From contig NC_087447.1 of assembly GCF_036321535.1 (NCBI RefSeq), positions 43,464,001 to 43,528,000 of the forward strand: a stretch of 64,000 bases of DNA, given 5' to 3'. Position 1 is the first letter of the stretch. The number at the start of each line of letters is the position of its first letter. Both the position numbers and the translations under genes were made by a program. This DNA is from Camelus dromedarius (Eukaryota). The notes under the pieces were generated by a model. It worked only from the letters and a program-made list of their open reading frames with translations. It had not been told where the DNA came from and searched no databases. Below, in pieces: positions 41,349 through 53,740 of this stretch.

Positions 41349-41514
41349 TTTTAAGCCGTAGTTTTCTTTCTTTATTTTAAATTTTTTTGGGGGGATGGGG
41401 TGGGGAGGTAATTAGGTTTGTTTGTTTGTTTATTTAGAGGAGGTACTGGGGATTGAACCCCAGACCTCCTACATACTAAGCATGTGCTTTAGCATTTGAA
41501 CTATATCCTCCCCC
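41349..41514 (-). mobile_element. tRNA-derived SINE (camelid Vic-1-like), unit 2 only
   Basis: Revcomp begins ggggaggatatagttcaaatgctaaagcacatgcttag and has a B-box-like gggttcaatcccc. TSD tgtgct(g/a)gtaatttt at 41334-41348 and 41517-41531. Empty site in unit 1 near 27457-27471. Confidence 0.85.
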
Positions 41515-43759
41515 ACTGTGCTAGTAATTTTGAATGATATCATGGATATTGTGAAGGATACATTATAGAGAGTCTGGATTGTGTTACAGTCTTCTCAAAC
41601 ATAGTCATTATGTGAATATACCACCATTTCTTTACCTGTTCTTTCAGTGATGCACCTTTGAGAATTTTCTAGTCTTTGGCAGTTATGAATAAACCTTCTA
41701 TGAATATCTCCATGCAGGTCTTTGTGTGGACATGTATTTTCATTTCTCTTGAATAAATACTGAATAAATACCTAGGATTACAATTGCTTGATGTTATGCT
41801 TAGTGTATGTTTATAAAAAAAACTCCATTTTTTTTTTCAAAGTAGCTGTACCATTTTTGCATTCCTATCAGCATTTTATTTAAGGTCTTTTTCTCTGTGT
41901 CCTTTGCAGCACCTGATATTGTCGGTTATATAAAAAAAAAAGTTCTAATATGTTTTATGTGTGTAGCATTAAGTCTTTTACTTTAATTTGCATTTCACTA
42001 GTGACTGAACTGCGTTTGACATCAGTTTCAAGTGCTTATATGCTCCATTCATATCTTTTCTTTGGGGAAGTATCTATTCAAATCTTTTACCAATTTTTAA
42101 AATTTGGGTTGTTTTCTTTTCATTGAGTTTTGTGAGCTTTTTATGTATTTTAGATGTTAATCCTTTAGTAGATATGTTTTTAAAATTTTATAATGTTGGT
42201 TTACATTTCATTCTAAAATCTCTTTTGACTTAATTTTTTTTCATGTGTGAAATTTAAAAAAAATGGATGTTCACTTGTTCCAGCACACTTTGTGAAAAGA
42301 TTATCTTTTCTATGTTAAGTTTCATTGTCTTCTCTTTTTAAAAGCTAATTAACCATGTGTGGATCTGTTTTGGGGACTCTATCTTGTTCCACTGATGTAT
42401 GTTTTTCCTTATGATAATACTACATGTCTTGATTACTGCAACTTTATTGTAAGGCTTAAAATCAGGTAATTTGAGTCCTCCAAATTTAATACAGACCAAC
42501 AGTAGTGAAGACAGTATGGTATTAATGGGAAGTGGGATAAACACACACATGAGTGGAACAGAATAGGGAGTTCAGAAATAAGTCCACATGGGTACAGCCA
42601 ATTGATTTTAAACAAAGGTACAAAACCAATTCAATGGATGAAGCATAGTCTTTTCTACAAATGATGTTGGAATAATTAGACTTTCATAGGCAAAAACAAG
42701 CAAATAAATAAATAAATAAACCTCAGCCTAAACCTCACATCTTATACAAGAATACACCCAAAATGGATCATAGACCAAAATGCAAAGTGTAAGACTTTTA
42801 GAAGAAAGCTTACAACTACTCATGACTGGGTTTACATGAAGAGTTGTTAGACACCAAAAGTACAATGCATAAATTAAATGATTGATAAATTGGACAATAT
42901 CAAAGTGCAAAATAAAAGCGTAAATTGATACCACTACACACACATTAAGTGGCTAAATTTAAAGAAGATTAATAATACCAAATGTGTCTTCTAAACTATA
43001 AGATAAATTCTATGAGGGCAAGTATATTAGATGTTTGTCACTATATTGCCAGTGGCTTATGACTGCCTCTGCAATATAAGAATAACTCGATATAATTCTG
43101 ACTGTATGAAAGAACAAATGAATGAATGAGATGATGAATACCCCATGAGTCAGTCAGCAAAGATATAATTTGTGTCTGAAACATGAAATTGGGGGCAGGA
43201 AAGGTCAATAAATTTGTTTGTTGTCAGCATATTGAGGTAGATGAAGTCTCTCCAGGGGGCAGCCAAAATTCAGGGACAGAAAATCCAGCTCCTTTCACCT
43301 TCCTAAGCAGGTTATAGGCCTGACTATGAACAATCCACTCTAAGAGTTTGTTCCACTCAGTCTCTGAGGAGTTTAGGGACCCTCTTTTTCCCACAGAGAA
43401 GTCACCTCTTTGGACCTGACAGAATTCACAGGTCAGTCAGGGACATCTCACCCTTTTCTTCTCTGGGGACCCTTTGCATGGTGACTGGAGCTAGAGAGCA
43501 GGAACACCGGCCAGAACTTATGGGACCATAAAGTCCATCCTCAGCAGACAACATTCCTACAAGAACACCTCCAGAAACTTTCTGATTCCCTTTTGTCATT
43601 TCCTCTCAGAATATACTCAGTCATAACTAAAGTTATCACACTTATTTCAGGATAAATTGCTGTTGAAAATGGATACAGTCTTAAAGGTTTGGAGGTACAA
43701 TAATCTTAACTAATGGCAGAGTAGAAAGTTTGGAAAAAATATATGAATGAAATTAATTA

Positions 43760-46700
43760 ATTAATTTACTTTTAACACCTTTATTGTGGTATGGTTCATG
43801 TCAGTAAATTACACATATTTCAGGTGTACACTTTGGTGAATTTTGATACATATGTACACCAATGAAACCACTACCACAATCAAGATAGGTAACATTTCCA
43901 CCACTCCCCAAAGTGATTATTTTGAATTTCCAATTTATCCTTCCCACCCTCTTTAACCACTGTTAACCATAAATTTGTTCTCTATGTCTGAGTCTGTTTC
44001 TGTTTTGTAGATAAGTTCGTTTGTGTCCTTTTTTTTCAAGATTCCACATATAAGCAATATCATATGGCATTTTTCCTTTCTCTTTCTGGCTTACTTCACT
44101 TTGAATGATGATCTCCAGGTCCATCCATGTTGCTGTAAATGGCATTATTTTATTCTTTTTCGTGGATGAAGTATTCCATTGTATCTATATACCACATGTT
44201 TATCCAGTCATCTGTTGATGGACATTTGGGTTGTTTCCATGTCTTAGCTATTGTAAATAATGCTGCTATGAACATTGGGGTGCATATGTCTTTTTCAATT
44301 ACATTTTTCTCTGTATATATACCCAGGAGTGGGATTGCTGGATCATATGGTAAGTCTATGTTTAGTTTCTTAAGCAAACTTTTCATACTGTCCTCCATTG
44401 TGGCTACACCAATTTGCATTCCCACCAGTAGTGTAGGAGGGTTACTTTTTCTCCACACCCTGTCCAGAACTTATTTGTAGACTTCTTGATGATGGCCATT
44501 CTGACTGCCATCAGAATGAGTGATACTTCATTGTAGTTTTGATTTGCATTTCTCTAACAATTAGTGATGTTGAGCATCGTTTCATTTGCTTCTTGGCCAT
44601 CTGGATGCCTTCTTTGGAGAGATGTCTATTTAGGTCTTCTGCCCATTTTTTGATTGGGTTGCTTTTTTTTTGATATTAAGGTATATGAGCTGTTTGTATA
44701 TTTTGAAAGTTAGTCCCTTGTCAATCACATCATTTGCAAATATTTTCTCCCATTCTGTAAGTTTTCTTTTCATTTTGTTGATGGTATCCTTAGCTGTGCA
44801 AAAGCTTTTAAGTTTAATTAGATTCTATTTGTTTATTTTTGCTTTTACTTCCATTACTCTAGGAGCTAGTTCAAAATATATTGCTGTGATGTATGTCCAA
44901 GAGTGTTCTGCCTATGTTTCCCTCTAGGAGTTTTATAGTATCTTACATTTAAGTCTTTAATCCATTTTGAATTTATTTTTGTATATGGTGTTAGAGAATG
45001 TTGTAGCTTCAGTCTTTTACAGGTGGCTGTCTAGTTTTCCCAGCACCGCTTATTGTAGAGGCTGTCTTTTCTCCACTGTATAGTCTTGCCTCCTTTGTCA
45101 TAGATTAATTGACCATAAGTGTGTGGGTTTATTTGTGAACTTACTTTATGTCTGTTTCATTAATCTATGTGTCTGTTTTTTTGGTGCCAGTACCATGCTG
45201 TTTTGATTACTGTAGCTTTGTGGTATAGTCTGAAGTCAGGGAGTGTAATTCCCCAGCTCTGTTTTTTTCAAGATTGTTTTGGCTATTCAGGTGTTCTGTT
45301 TTTCCATACGAATTTTTAACATTTTTTGTTCCAGCTCTGTGAAAAATGTCATTGGTAATTTGATAGAGATTGCATTGAATCTGTGTGTTGCCTTGGGTAG
45401 TATGGCCATTTTAACAATATTGATTCTTCCAATCCAAGAACACTGTATTTCTTTCCACTTGTTTATGTCATCTTCAGTTTCTTTCATCAGTGTCTTATAG
45501 TTTTTGGAGTATAGTTCTTTTGCCTCCTTGGATAGGTTTATTCCTAGGTATTTTATTCTTTTTGGTGTGATGGTGAATGGTTTTGTTTCCTTAATTTCTT
45601 TTTCTGCTATTTCATTGTTAGTATATAGAAATGCAACTGATTTCTATATATTAATTTTGGATCCTGCAACTTTACCAAATTCATTGATGAGTTCTAATAG
45701 TTTTCTGGTAACTTCTTTAGGGTTTTATATGTATAGTATCATGTCATCTGCACACAGTGACAGTTTTACTCCTTCATTTCCAATTTGGATTCCTTTTATT
45801 TCTTTTTATTCTCTGATTACTATGGCTAAGACTTCCAAAACTATGTTGAATGAAAGTGGTGAGAGTGGGCATCTTGTCTTATTCCTGATCTTAGAGGAAA
45901 TGCAACCACAATGCTATAAAGTTAGAAATCAACTACAAGAAAAAACTGCAAAAACTGCAAACATGTGAAGGCTAAACAATATACTACTAAACAATCAATG
46001 GATCACTGAAGAAATCAAAGAGGAAATTAAAAAATACTTTGAGACAAATGAAAATGAAAACACAAAGATCTAAAACTTTCGGGATGGAGCAAAAGCAGTT
46101 CTAAGAGGGAAGTTTATAGTGATACAAGCCTACCTCAAGAAACAAGAAATATCGCAAGTAAACAACCTAATCTTACACCTAAAGCAGCTAGAGAAAGAAG
46201 AACAAACAAAACCCAAAGTTAGTAGAAGAAAAGAAATCATAAAGATTAGAGCAGAAATGAATGAAATAGAGACTTAAAAAACAATAGAAAAGATCAATAA
46301 AACTAAAATCTGGTTCTTTGAAAAGATAACAAAATTGATAAATTTTCGTCAGACTCATCAAGAAAAAAAGAGAGAGGGCCCAAATTAATAAAATCAGAAA
46401 TGAAAAAGGAGAAGTTACAACCGACACTGCAGAAATACAAGGGATCATAAGAGGTTACTATGAGCAACAATATGCCAACAAAAAGGACAATGTAGAAGAA
46501 ATGGACAATTTCTTAGAAAGGCATAATTTGCCAAGACTGAACCAGGAAGAAGTAGACAATATGAACAGACCAATTACCAGAACTGAAATTGAATCAGTAA
46601 TTTTAAAACTCCCAACAAGCAAAAGTCCAGGACCAGATGGCATCACAGGGGAATTCTACCAAATATTTAGAGAAGAGTTAAAACCTCTCCTTCTGAAACT

Positions 46701-47158
46701 ATTCCAAAAAATTGCAGAGGATGGAACACTTCCAACCTTGTTCTATAAGGTTGTCCTGATACCAAAACTAGACAGATGTCACAAAAAAAGAAAATTATAG
46801 GCCTATATCACTTATGAATATAGATGCAAAAATCCTCAACAAAATACTAGCAAAGCAGCTCCCACAATGCATTAAAAGGATCACATACCGTGATCGAGTG
46901 GGATTTACCCCAGGGATGCAAGAATTTCTCAATATCCACAAATCAATCAGTGTGATACAATGTGATACATTAACAAATTGAAGAATAAAAGCCATATGAT
47001 CACTTCAATAGATGCAGAAAAAGCTTTTGATAAAATTTAACATCCATTTATGATGAATACTCTCCAGAAAGTGGGCATAGATGGAACATACCTCAGCATA
47101 ATAAAGGCCATATATGACAAACCCACAGCTAACATCATACTTAATGGGGAAAAGCTGA
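43760..47158 (-). mobile_element. 5'-truncated, 5'-inverted L1 (twin-priming structure)
   Basis: 43760-45903 is antisense ORF2 3' half plus 3'UTR. 45903-47158 is sense ORF2 (ORF 46501-46800, KSPGPDG motif). The end of the sense piece is contiguous in L1 order with the start of the antisense piece. Confidence 0.88.
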
Positions 47159-47424
47159 ATGAAGTTTTAAAGCAATAGAAGTTTAATTATTTTTCATGGG
47201 AATCAATTTGTTTTTCTTAATTAATAAATTTTATTTTATTTTATTAAAGGAAAACTCACTATGGTCTCTGACTTATAATTTTATATCTGAAAATCCATCC
47301 CCCACCTTTACTAAAAAGCTGTGCTCTGGCTAATCACATAGGATGGATATTTTAAACCACAGACACTCAATTTTTATATTTATGATGTATTACTATATCA
47401 AACCCTATGAAATAACTGGTTTCA

Positions 47425-48368
47425 CTAAGAAAATATTTTTCTGCCAAGCTGTCTCTTCAGGACCCCCTTAATCTCACTGTTCCTCAGACTGTAGATAAGG
47501 GGGTTCAACATGGGAATCACCACCAAGTAGAACACAGACACCACCTTGTTCTGGTCAGTTGAGTAGCTGGACTTGGGCATCACATAAATGAATGTGATGG
47601 TACCAAAGAACAGAGTGACCACTGTGAGGTGGGACGTGCAGGTGGAGAAGGCCTTGTGACGCCCCTCAGTGGAGCGCATCTTCAGGATGGTGATGAGGAT
47701 GTAGAGGTAGGAGATGGCTATGATAGTCACTGTGACCACAATGATGGAGCCAGCTGTAAATGAGGGGACAGTTGTGGGGATACTGATGTCAGAACAGGAG
47801 AGTTCAACCAAAGGAGCAAAATCACAGAAAAAATGATTGACTCGATTTGGTCCACAGAAGAGTAAAAAATAGAAGGAAATAGTAAAGGAGGAAGCATTGA
47901 GAAAACCACCAATATAAGCCACTGTAAGTAACTGAACACAGACTTGTGTGGACATTTTGGTGGAATAAAGCAGTGGGTTGCAAATTGCCATGAAGCGATC
48001 ATATGCCATGGCAGCCAGAATGAAGCACTCAGCTGTCCCAAAGAAACCAGCTGAACCAAGCTGCATGGCACATCCAGGATAGGAGATGGTATTTGTCTCC
48101 ACCAGGAAGTTTACAAGCATATTGGGTGTAACAGAAGATGAATAGCCCATGTCAGCAAAGGCCAGTGGCTCAGGAAAAAATACATAGGATGGTGGAGCTG
48201 AGAAGAGATTCTGATAAGAATGATTGTGCTGAGATTGCCAGATATGGTCACCAGGTAGATACATAGGATGATCATGAAGAGGATGATTCGAAGGACTGGG
48301 TCATTTGTTAAGCCCAGTAAAATGAACTCTGTCACTGCAGTGTGGTTCCCATCTCCCAGGGAATCCAT
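47425..48368 (-). pseudogene. OR5P2: OR5P2-like olfactory receptor with one 1-bp frameshift (pseudogene, null allele or sequence error)
   Basis: ORF 48111-48368 gives the N-terminus ([10 protein letters not shown]...[12 protein letters not shown]) and ORF 47425-48264 gives the rest ([17 protein letters not shown]...MAYDRF...[12 protein letters not shown]). The junction reads AGC CAC TG GCC TTT, one base short at about 48164-48165. Span is 944 nt; restoring one base gives 314 aa. Confidence 0.9.
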
Positions 48369-48397
48369 GAGATTATGCAGCTGCTACCAAAACGAAC

Positions 48398-48415
48398 CTG
48401 AGATGAAACAGTATA
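48398..48415 (-). promoter_or_regulatory. Putative splice acceptor of OR5P2-like coding exon
   Basis: Revcomp actgtttcatctcag|gttcg, 29 nt upstream of the ATG. Confidence 0.55.
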
Positions 48416-49987
48416 TTAAAGGAGTTATAATTTTGATGATTTCAGTTTCTTTAATGCGTATATGGGATGTGATTACAAATAAAGATATACAACAATCAAT
48501 CCATATTTACATGCAATTATGAGTCTATCTGTATTTTTAAAATTACTTTAGCAAAATAGTCAGAAAACTTCCTTGAAATAATGTCTTTTACCTTTTGTAT
48601 TATATTGTTTCCAAATATGCACTTAAAGTAGATTTAAAGTAAAGAAAATATAATATGACAGATGACAGTAACAAAAAAGACCAGTAATTATAATATAAAA
48701 AAATAAAAAGAAAAGAAAGGTGTAGGGTTTTGTAATAAAGACTTGAATTATAGCTAACTTTTACTACATGCTTACTAAATTGTAAGCATAGGCTTAAGAA
48801 TTTTGTTTATATGCTTGTAATATAGTTTGTATACATATATAGTCTATGCTTACAATTTAGTCTATATAGTGTAATTAGTGTATATATAGTCTATTTTTTC
48901 ATAAAATAATATTAATTGCATTATTTTTAAATGTATAAACTGAGTCTAAGGAAGTTATATAAATTGCACAAAACTCTGTAGCAATTGGTAGAGTCAGAAT
49001 ATGAACCCCAGCGAAGTCTGACTACCCATTCCTTTAGTAACTGTTTAATAAATAATACTGACCATGAAGTCCAATTCACCTGGCAATGTGTGGAATGACG
49101 GGCTATCCTTTAAGCCTTCTGGCAGTTATGTATAAAAGAGATACCTAGTTAGTTACATATTTCATAATATCTATCACTTAAGAATATTTTTAAAGAAATA
49201 AAAGTTTCTTCATAATATAACAGAAACTAATTTCAAATTAAGTTTATGAATAAAGTTACCTGTTATAAATTTACTAGATTTTTAAATTAAAAATATTATT
49301 TTATCAAGTAGCTTGAAATATTGGCGTAATTTCTATGCAAAAAGCATGATTGATATTTTCTACATAAATAAAATACATTTATTCAAACAATCAAATCACT
49401 TCCTACTTTAACAACATTTTCTAATTAGAGTTTTATAGAATGAAATATTATTTTCAGCATAATATGTAGCTGAATAAAGTGTGGCTCAAAAACTTAAGAA
49501 GGATCACCACATAGTGGTCCTCATCTCCAAAATTTCTGACTTACATCCTGGACTTTATCTAATGTGTTACTCTCTTGAAGCTAAAGCATCAGACCCATAA
49601 ACAAACCAAGTCTTTATGTAAAGATGTTTCCAATGTCTCAATTTTTAAATATTTAAATCTTTAAACACCAGTAAATGCCTAAAGCATCCTGATAGTAAAT
49701 GTACTAACATTATGCTTTAGTGCTGAGGTTGGAGAGTATTGAAAGACTATATGAGTTTCCATCTTATAGGTAGATACACGAGGAATTCTTGACATGGACT
49801 ATACCTGTTTATTCATGTGAAGTTGAGGGTAGACATAGTGATTCAGCTAAAGTTGTTTACTAACTGCTTGATTATATCTGCCCTGTTCCCCAGCTATAAC
49901 TTGTGAGTACAGATACAATTTTTGGGAGTAGAGTTCTCAAATGGTAAATGAAAATCAATACATCATATTCATTAACAAGAGCCAAAA

Positions 49988-50110
49988 TCTTACCTCCTGG
50001 AATAAGAACTCACTCATCTTTCTGTGAAAAATTACGGTTAATTTCGTTATAAAGCTATCTTTAATTTTTGTTTGCCCTTGGGGATAAATCTCTAAAGACT
50101 CTAGAGATTC
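49988..50110 (-). promoter_or_regulatory. Candidate 5' exon and promoter of OR5P2-like gene
   Basis: Donor GAG|GTAAGA at 49993; O/E consensus CCCTTGGGA at 50075-50083; TAATT homeodomain cores at about 50039 and 50062. Confidence 0.45.
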
Positions 50111-51149
50111 AAATGTGAATTCAAAAACAACATGGAACATCATTATGTTCTGTAGTAGATATTGAGCAGCGCAATATCCAAGTCAATCCTCAAGTGGTCA
50201 ATTTATTCTTTTGCCTCTATCTAGCTGTTTATACATACTTCTATAGCTTTCATTTAATAATTATCAGAAAGTATAATACAATAAATTGTCTTAGACATAA
50301 ATATTGGTTCCAAGTTTTCTTTGATATTTTGGATAAAGAAATAATACCAAATTTCAGGTATAAAAAAGATAACCTTAGATTTATCCATTCAGTATGTGTT
50401 TTTGATAAGTATTTTGTATTGATAATTTAAAACATGCTATTAACTACTTTTGGGGAATATGTAGTGGAAGTTGATGTAAAGTTGAATTTTAAATAACAAA
50501 ATAATTTAAGGCATGTACATTAATTATCATATCAGAAGTAAGAAAGTGAAAGCCTTGAAAGTTACATAGAAAACTACAAAGTAAAAAGGGGTTTGGATGA
50601 CTTTCAGATAAGAAAGCCTCTCACTGTCAGTAACCTCAAAGTATTGCCTCCTGAGTAGTGCCTTATGGAACATTGATTCAGGGCTCACTTCTTGTCAAGA
50701 ATTATGCTTAACAGTTTTCACATTTTTAATTCTCACAACAGTTTTATGATGTAGGTACCTGTATTGTCCTCATTTAGCAGATGGGAGAATTGAGACTAAA
50801 GAGTTCAAACAACTTACCCTGGATAATTCTCATTCACATTGCCAGTTTCTCACTTTCAGCACTACTGACTAACAGCTCCACTTTAATACTTGCTCCATTC
50901 CTTCTCTGAAACCTAAGACCTTCTGGGAAGCCATTAGCAGCCTTCTAGTCCAGAGGCAAGTACATCCCAGATTCAGAAGCAATTATGGTCTCAGGGACAA
51001 CCCCAGCCATTAGAGGGTGAGATTCTGTGCATAAGCATTCTTCTACTCTTCAGCTGGTCAATTCTAAAAGGCAGTCTCTGGGCTTCTCACATGTTCCAGG
51101 GAAATCAAGCCACTGTTGCCATGGCATTGACCTTGATAATGCAAGCAGG

Positions 51150-53740
51150 ACATAAAGGAAAAAAATGTGTCTCTGAATTTCAGGAATGAATGAAGAGAAT
51201 CTAAAATGGTAAATACTAGTTTAATATAAAAATGCATTCCTCTTAATTCCTTTAAAATACATAAAACTTATCAAACTGTTATATGTATATACATATAAGT
51301 ATAACTGAACCAGTTTGCTCTACACCTGATACTAATATTGTAAATCAACTATACCTCAATAAAAAATAAAATTAAACTTATCAAATTAGCAAATATAATA
51401 TTATCTGATGAGATCTTTATTATAGAGATGCAAGACATATATATGACAGGAATAGCATAAAGGTGGAAGCAGGAGAATCAACATGTAAGATCTTAAGGTC
51501 TCCATATTTTATGTAAATTACTAACTTATTAAATCTAGGTAAACTCAATATTTAGTAAGATATATTCTTATCCTGACAGTAACCAGTAAAGAAGTAATGC
51601 AAGAGCAATGCCTAAAATGCCAATGGAAGAATTTTAATGGGATTTTTATAATTCAAATAATCCAGAAGAAGGCAGGAAAAGGAAGAGAGGAACATCAACA
51701 CCAACAATAATATCTGATAAAGGGCAACTATGAAGAACTTTCAGCTAACATAATTCTTAATGGTAAAATATTGAATGATTTCCATCTACACTTGGGAAAA
51801 AGATAAGGAAGTCCACCATCACTAATTTTATTCAGCATTATACTGGAAGTCCCAGATATTGCTAAAAGTCAATACAATTTTTTAAAAATATAGAGATGAA
51901 ACACGAAGAATAAAACTGGCTCTATCTGTAAATGTATTTATGCAGAGCATTCTAAGAAATCTGCAAAGTATGTGCTACAACTCATTTAGTAAGATCACAG
52001 AATACAATCATAATACATAGAAAGTAATTTTATTTTTATATACTGTAACAAACAATGGAAAGATTAAAACAAAATATATTTACAATATGTTAAAAACTAT
52101 AAATATTTAGGAATAAGTTTAAGAAAAACTTTACAACACTTCTTCACTAAAAGTTAGAGAAACTGCTGAGGGAAATAAAGAAGACATAAATAAACAAGGT
52201 GAGATACACCATGTTCATGGATTGGAAGGCTCAATATTATTAAGAAGCCAATTCTTCAAAAATTGATATACGGATTCAGTGCAATATGGATCAAAATTTT
52301 TAAAAGATATTTTGTATAAGTAGACAAGCTGATTTTATGTGAATGTGCAAACTAACTAGAATAATAAAAAGTAATTTTTAAAAATGAAGAATACAGTTGG
52401 AAGATTTGTATTCCTTGACTTTAAGACTTACCATAAAGCTAAGGTAATCAAGAGTGTACAGTACTGGGGAAAAGAGAAACATACAGATCAAAGGAACAAA
52501 AAAGATAGTTGATAAATAGATCCACAATAGATTTATGGATATGTTAAGCATACAGGCCAATGCATTTTGAACTAATGTTAAGGACAGCTCTACGTGGAAA
52601 AAATTTTCAGCATATATTATTGCAAGAACTTCATATGGAAAAATGAACAATAGCTCTTATATCCTATACAAGAAAATTAACTCAAATGTATCATAGGTGT
52701 AAATACAAAGGCTCAACTATAACATTTAGAGCTAATTATATGAAAAAAATCTGTTATTTTAGAGTAGACAAACTTTTTTTTAGATAGAACAGAGATGCAC
52801 AATCCATGAAAGAAATAAAAATGACATACTGGAATTCATCAAAATTTAAAATGTTGGTCTTCAAACAAAAAATCCATGACACTAAAGGGGAGGAAATATT
52901 TGTATTACATATACATGAAAAAGGGCTTGTATATAGAACACAGAAAGAACTCCTGTAGTTGAATAATATTAAGACCATGAGCCTACTTTTTAAAAAGGGC
53001 AAGAAGCTTTGAACATGTACTTCCAAAAGAAGACATACAAATGGCCAGTAAGCGCTTAAGAAGATACTTAACACCATGAGTCATCAGAGAAATACAAATT
53101 AAAATGAAAAATGTTGCAACTGTACAGTTCAGAATGGCTAAAATTAAAGAACAGTATCAAATGTTAGCAAGGTTTTTGAGCAACTGGAATTCTCAGCATC
53201 ACACTTTGGAATATAAAAACATAAAACTACTTTGAAATTGTTTATGTTTCTTAAAAATGTAAATATTTTTACATCTACCATATGACGTTGAGGCCCACTT
53301 CTTTAGATTTACTGAATACAAGTGAAAACATACATCCATGCAGTGACTACTTGAAAGTTCATAAAGCTTTTTGCTGCTTTTTAAAAATACCTTTATTCAC
53401 AAAAGCCCCAAAGTGGAAACACCTCAAAGCCCACTAACAGATGAATGGATTTAAAAAATGGTGTATCCATGCAATAGAATACTACTCAGCCATGAGAAGG
53501 AACAGATTATTCATGCACAAAACATAAATGAATTATCAGAATCACTATGTTGATAGAAAGATGTCAGATACAATGGGGCACATACTGTGTGATTCTAATG
53601 TACAAAACTCTAGCAAAGCTAATTAATCTATATTGTCAAAAGGCAGATCAACGGTTATCTGAGGCCAGGAAGAGAGGGAAGCACAAACTACATGTGGACA
53701 TGGAGAATCTTTAAAAGGTCATGAAAATGATTTTTTTAAA
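51150..53740 (+). mobile_element. Old L1M ORF2 and 3' remnant
   Basis: Decayed ORF2 motifs (cagctaacataattcttaatggt, ccatgttcatggattggaagg, caatagaatactactcagc). Confidence 0.75.

Larger units (their letters stand above)
30472..42050 (+). repeat. Tandem duplication unit 2 (contains OR5P copy 2)
   Basis: Examples: 30523 gctttacgcatagaatacaaggg vs 13246 gctttacgtatagaatacaagga; homology persists to about 42040 vs 27950. Confidence 0.88.

Noticed and set aside
43963..46995. RT/ORF2-like ORFs as an active retroelement or novel RT system
   Set aside because: Fragmented by stops and frameshifts, 5'-truncated and inverted; an ordinary dead L1.
47425..48264. 279-aa ORF as a stand-alone protein
   Set aside because: Its first 33 or so residues are an out-of-frame reading of the OR 5' end; it is the downstream part of the frameshifted gene.
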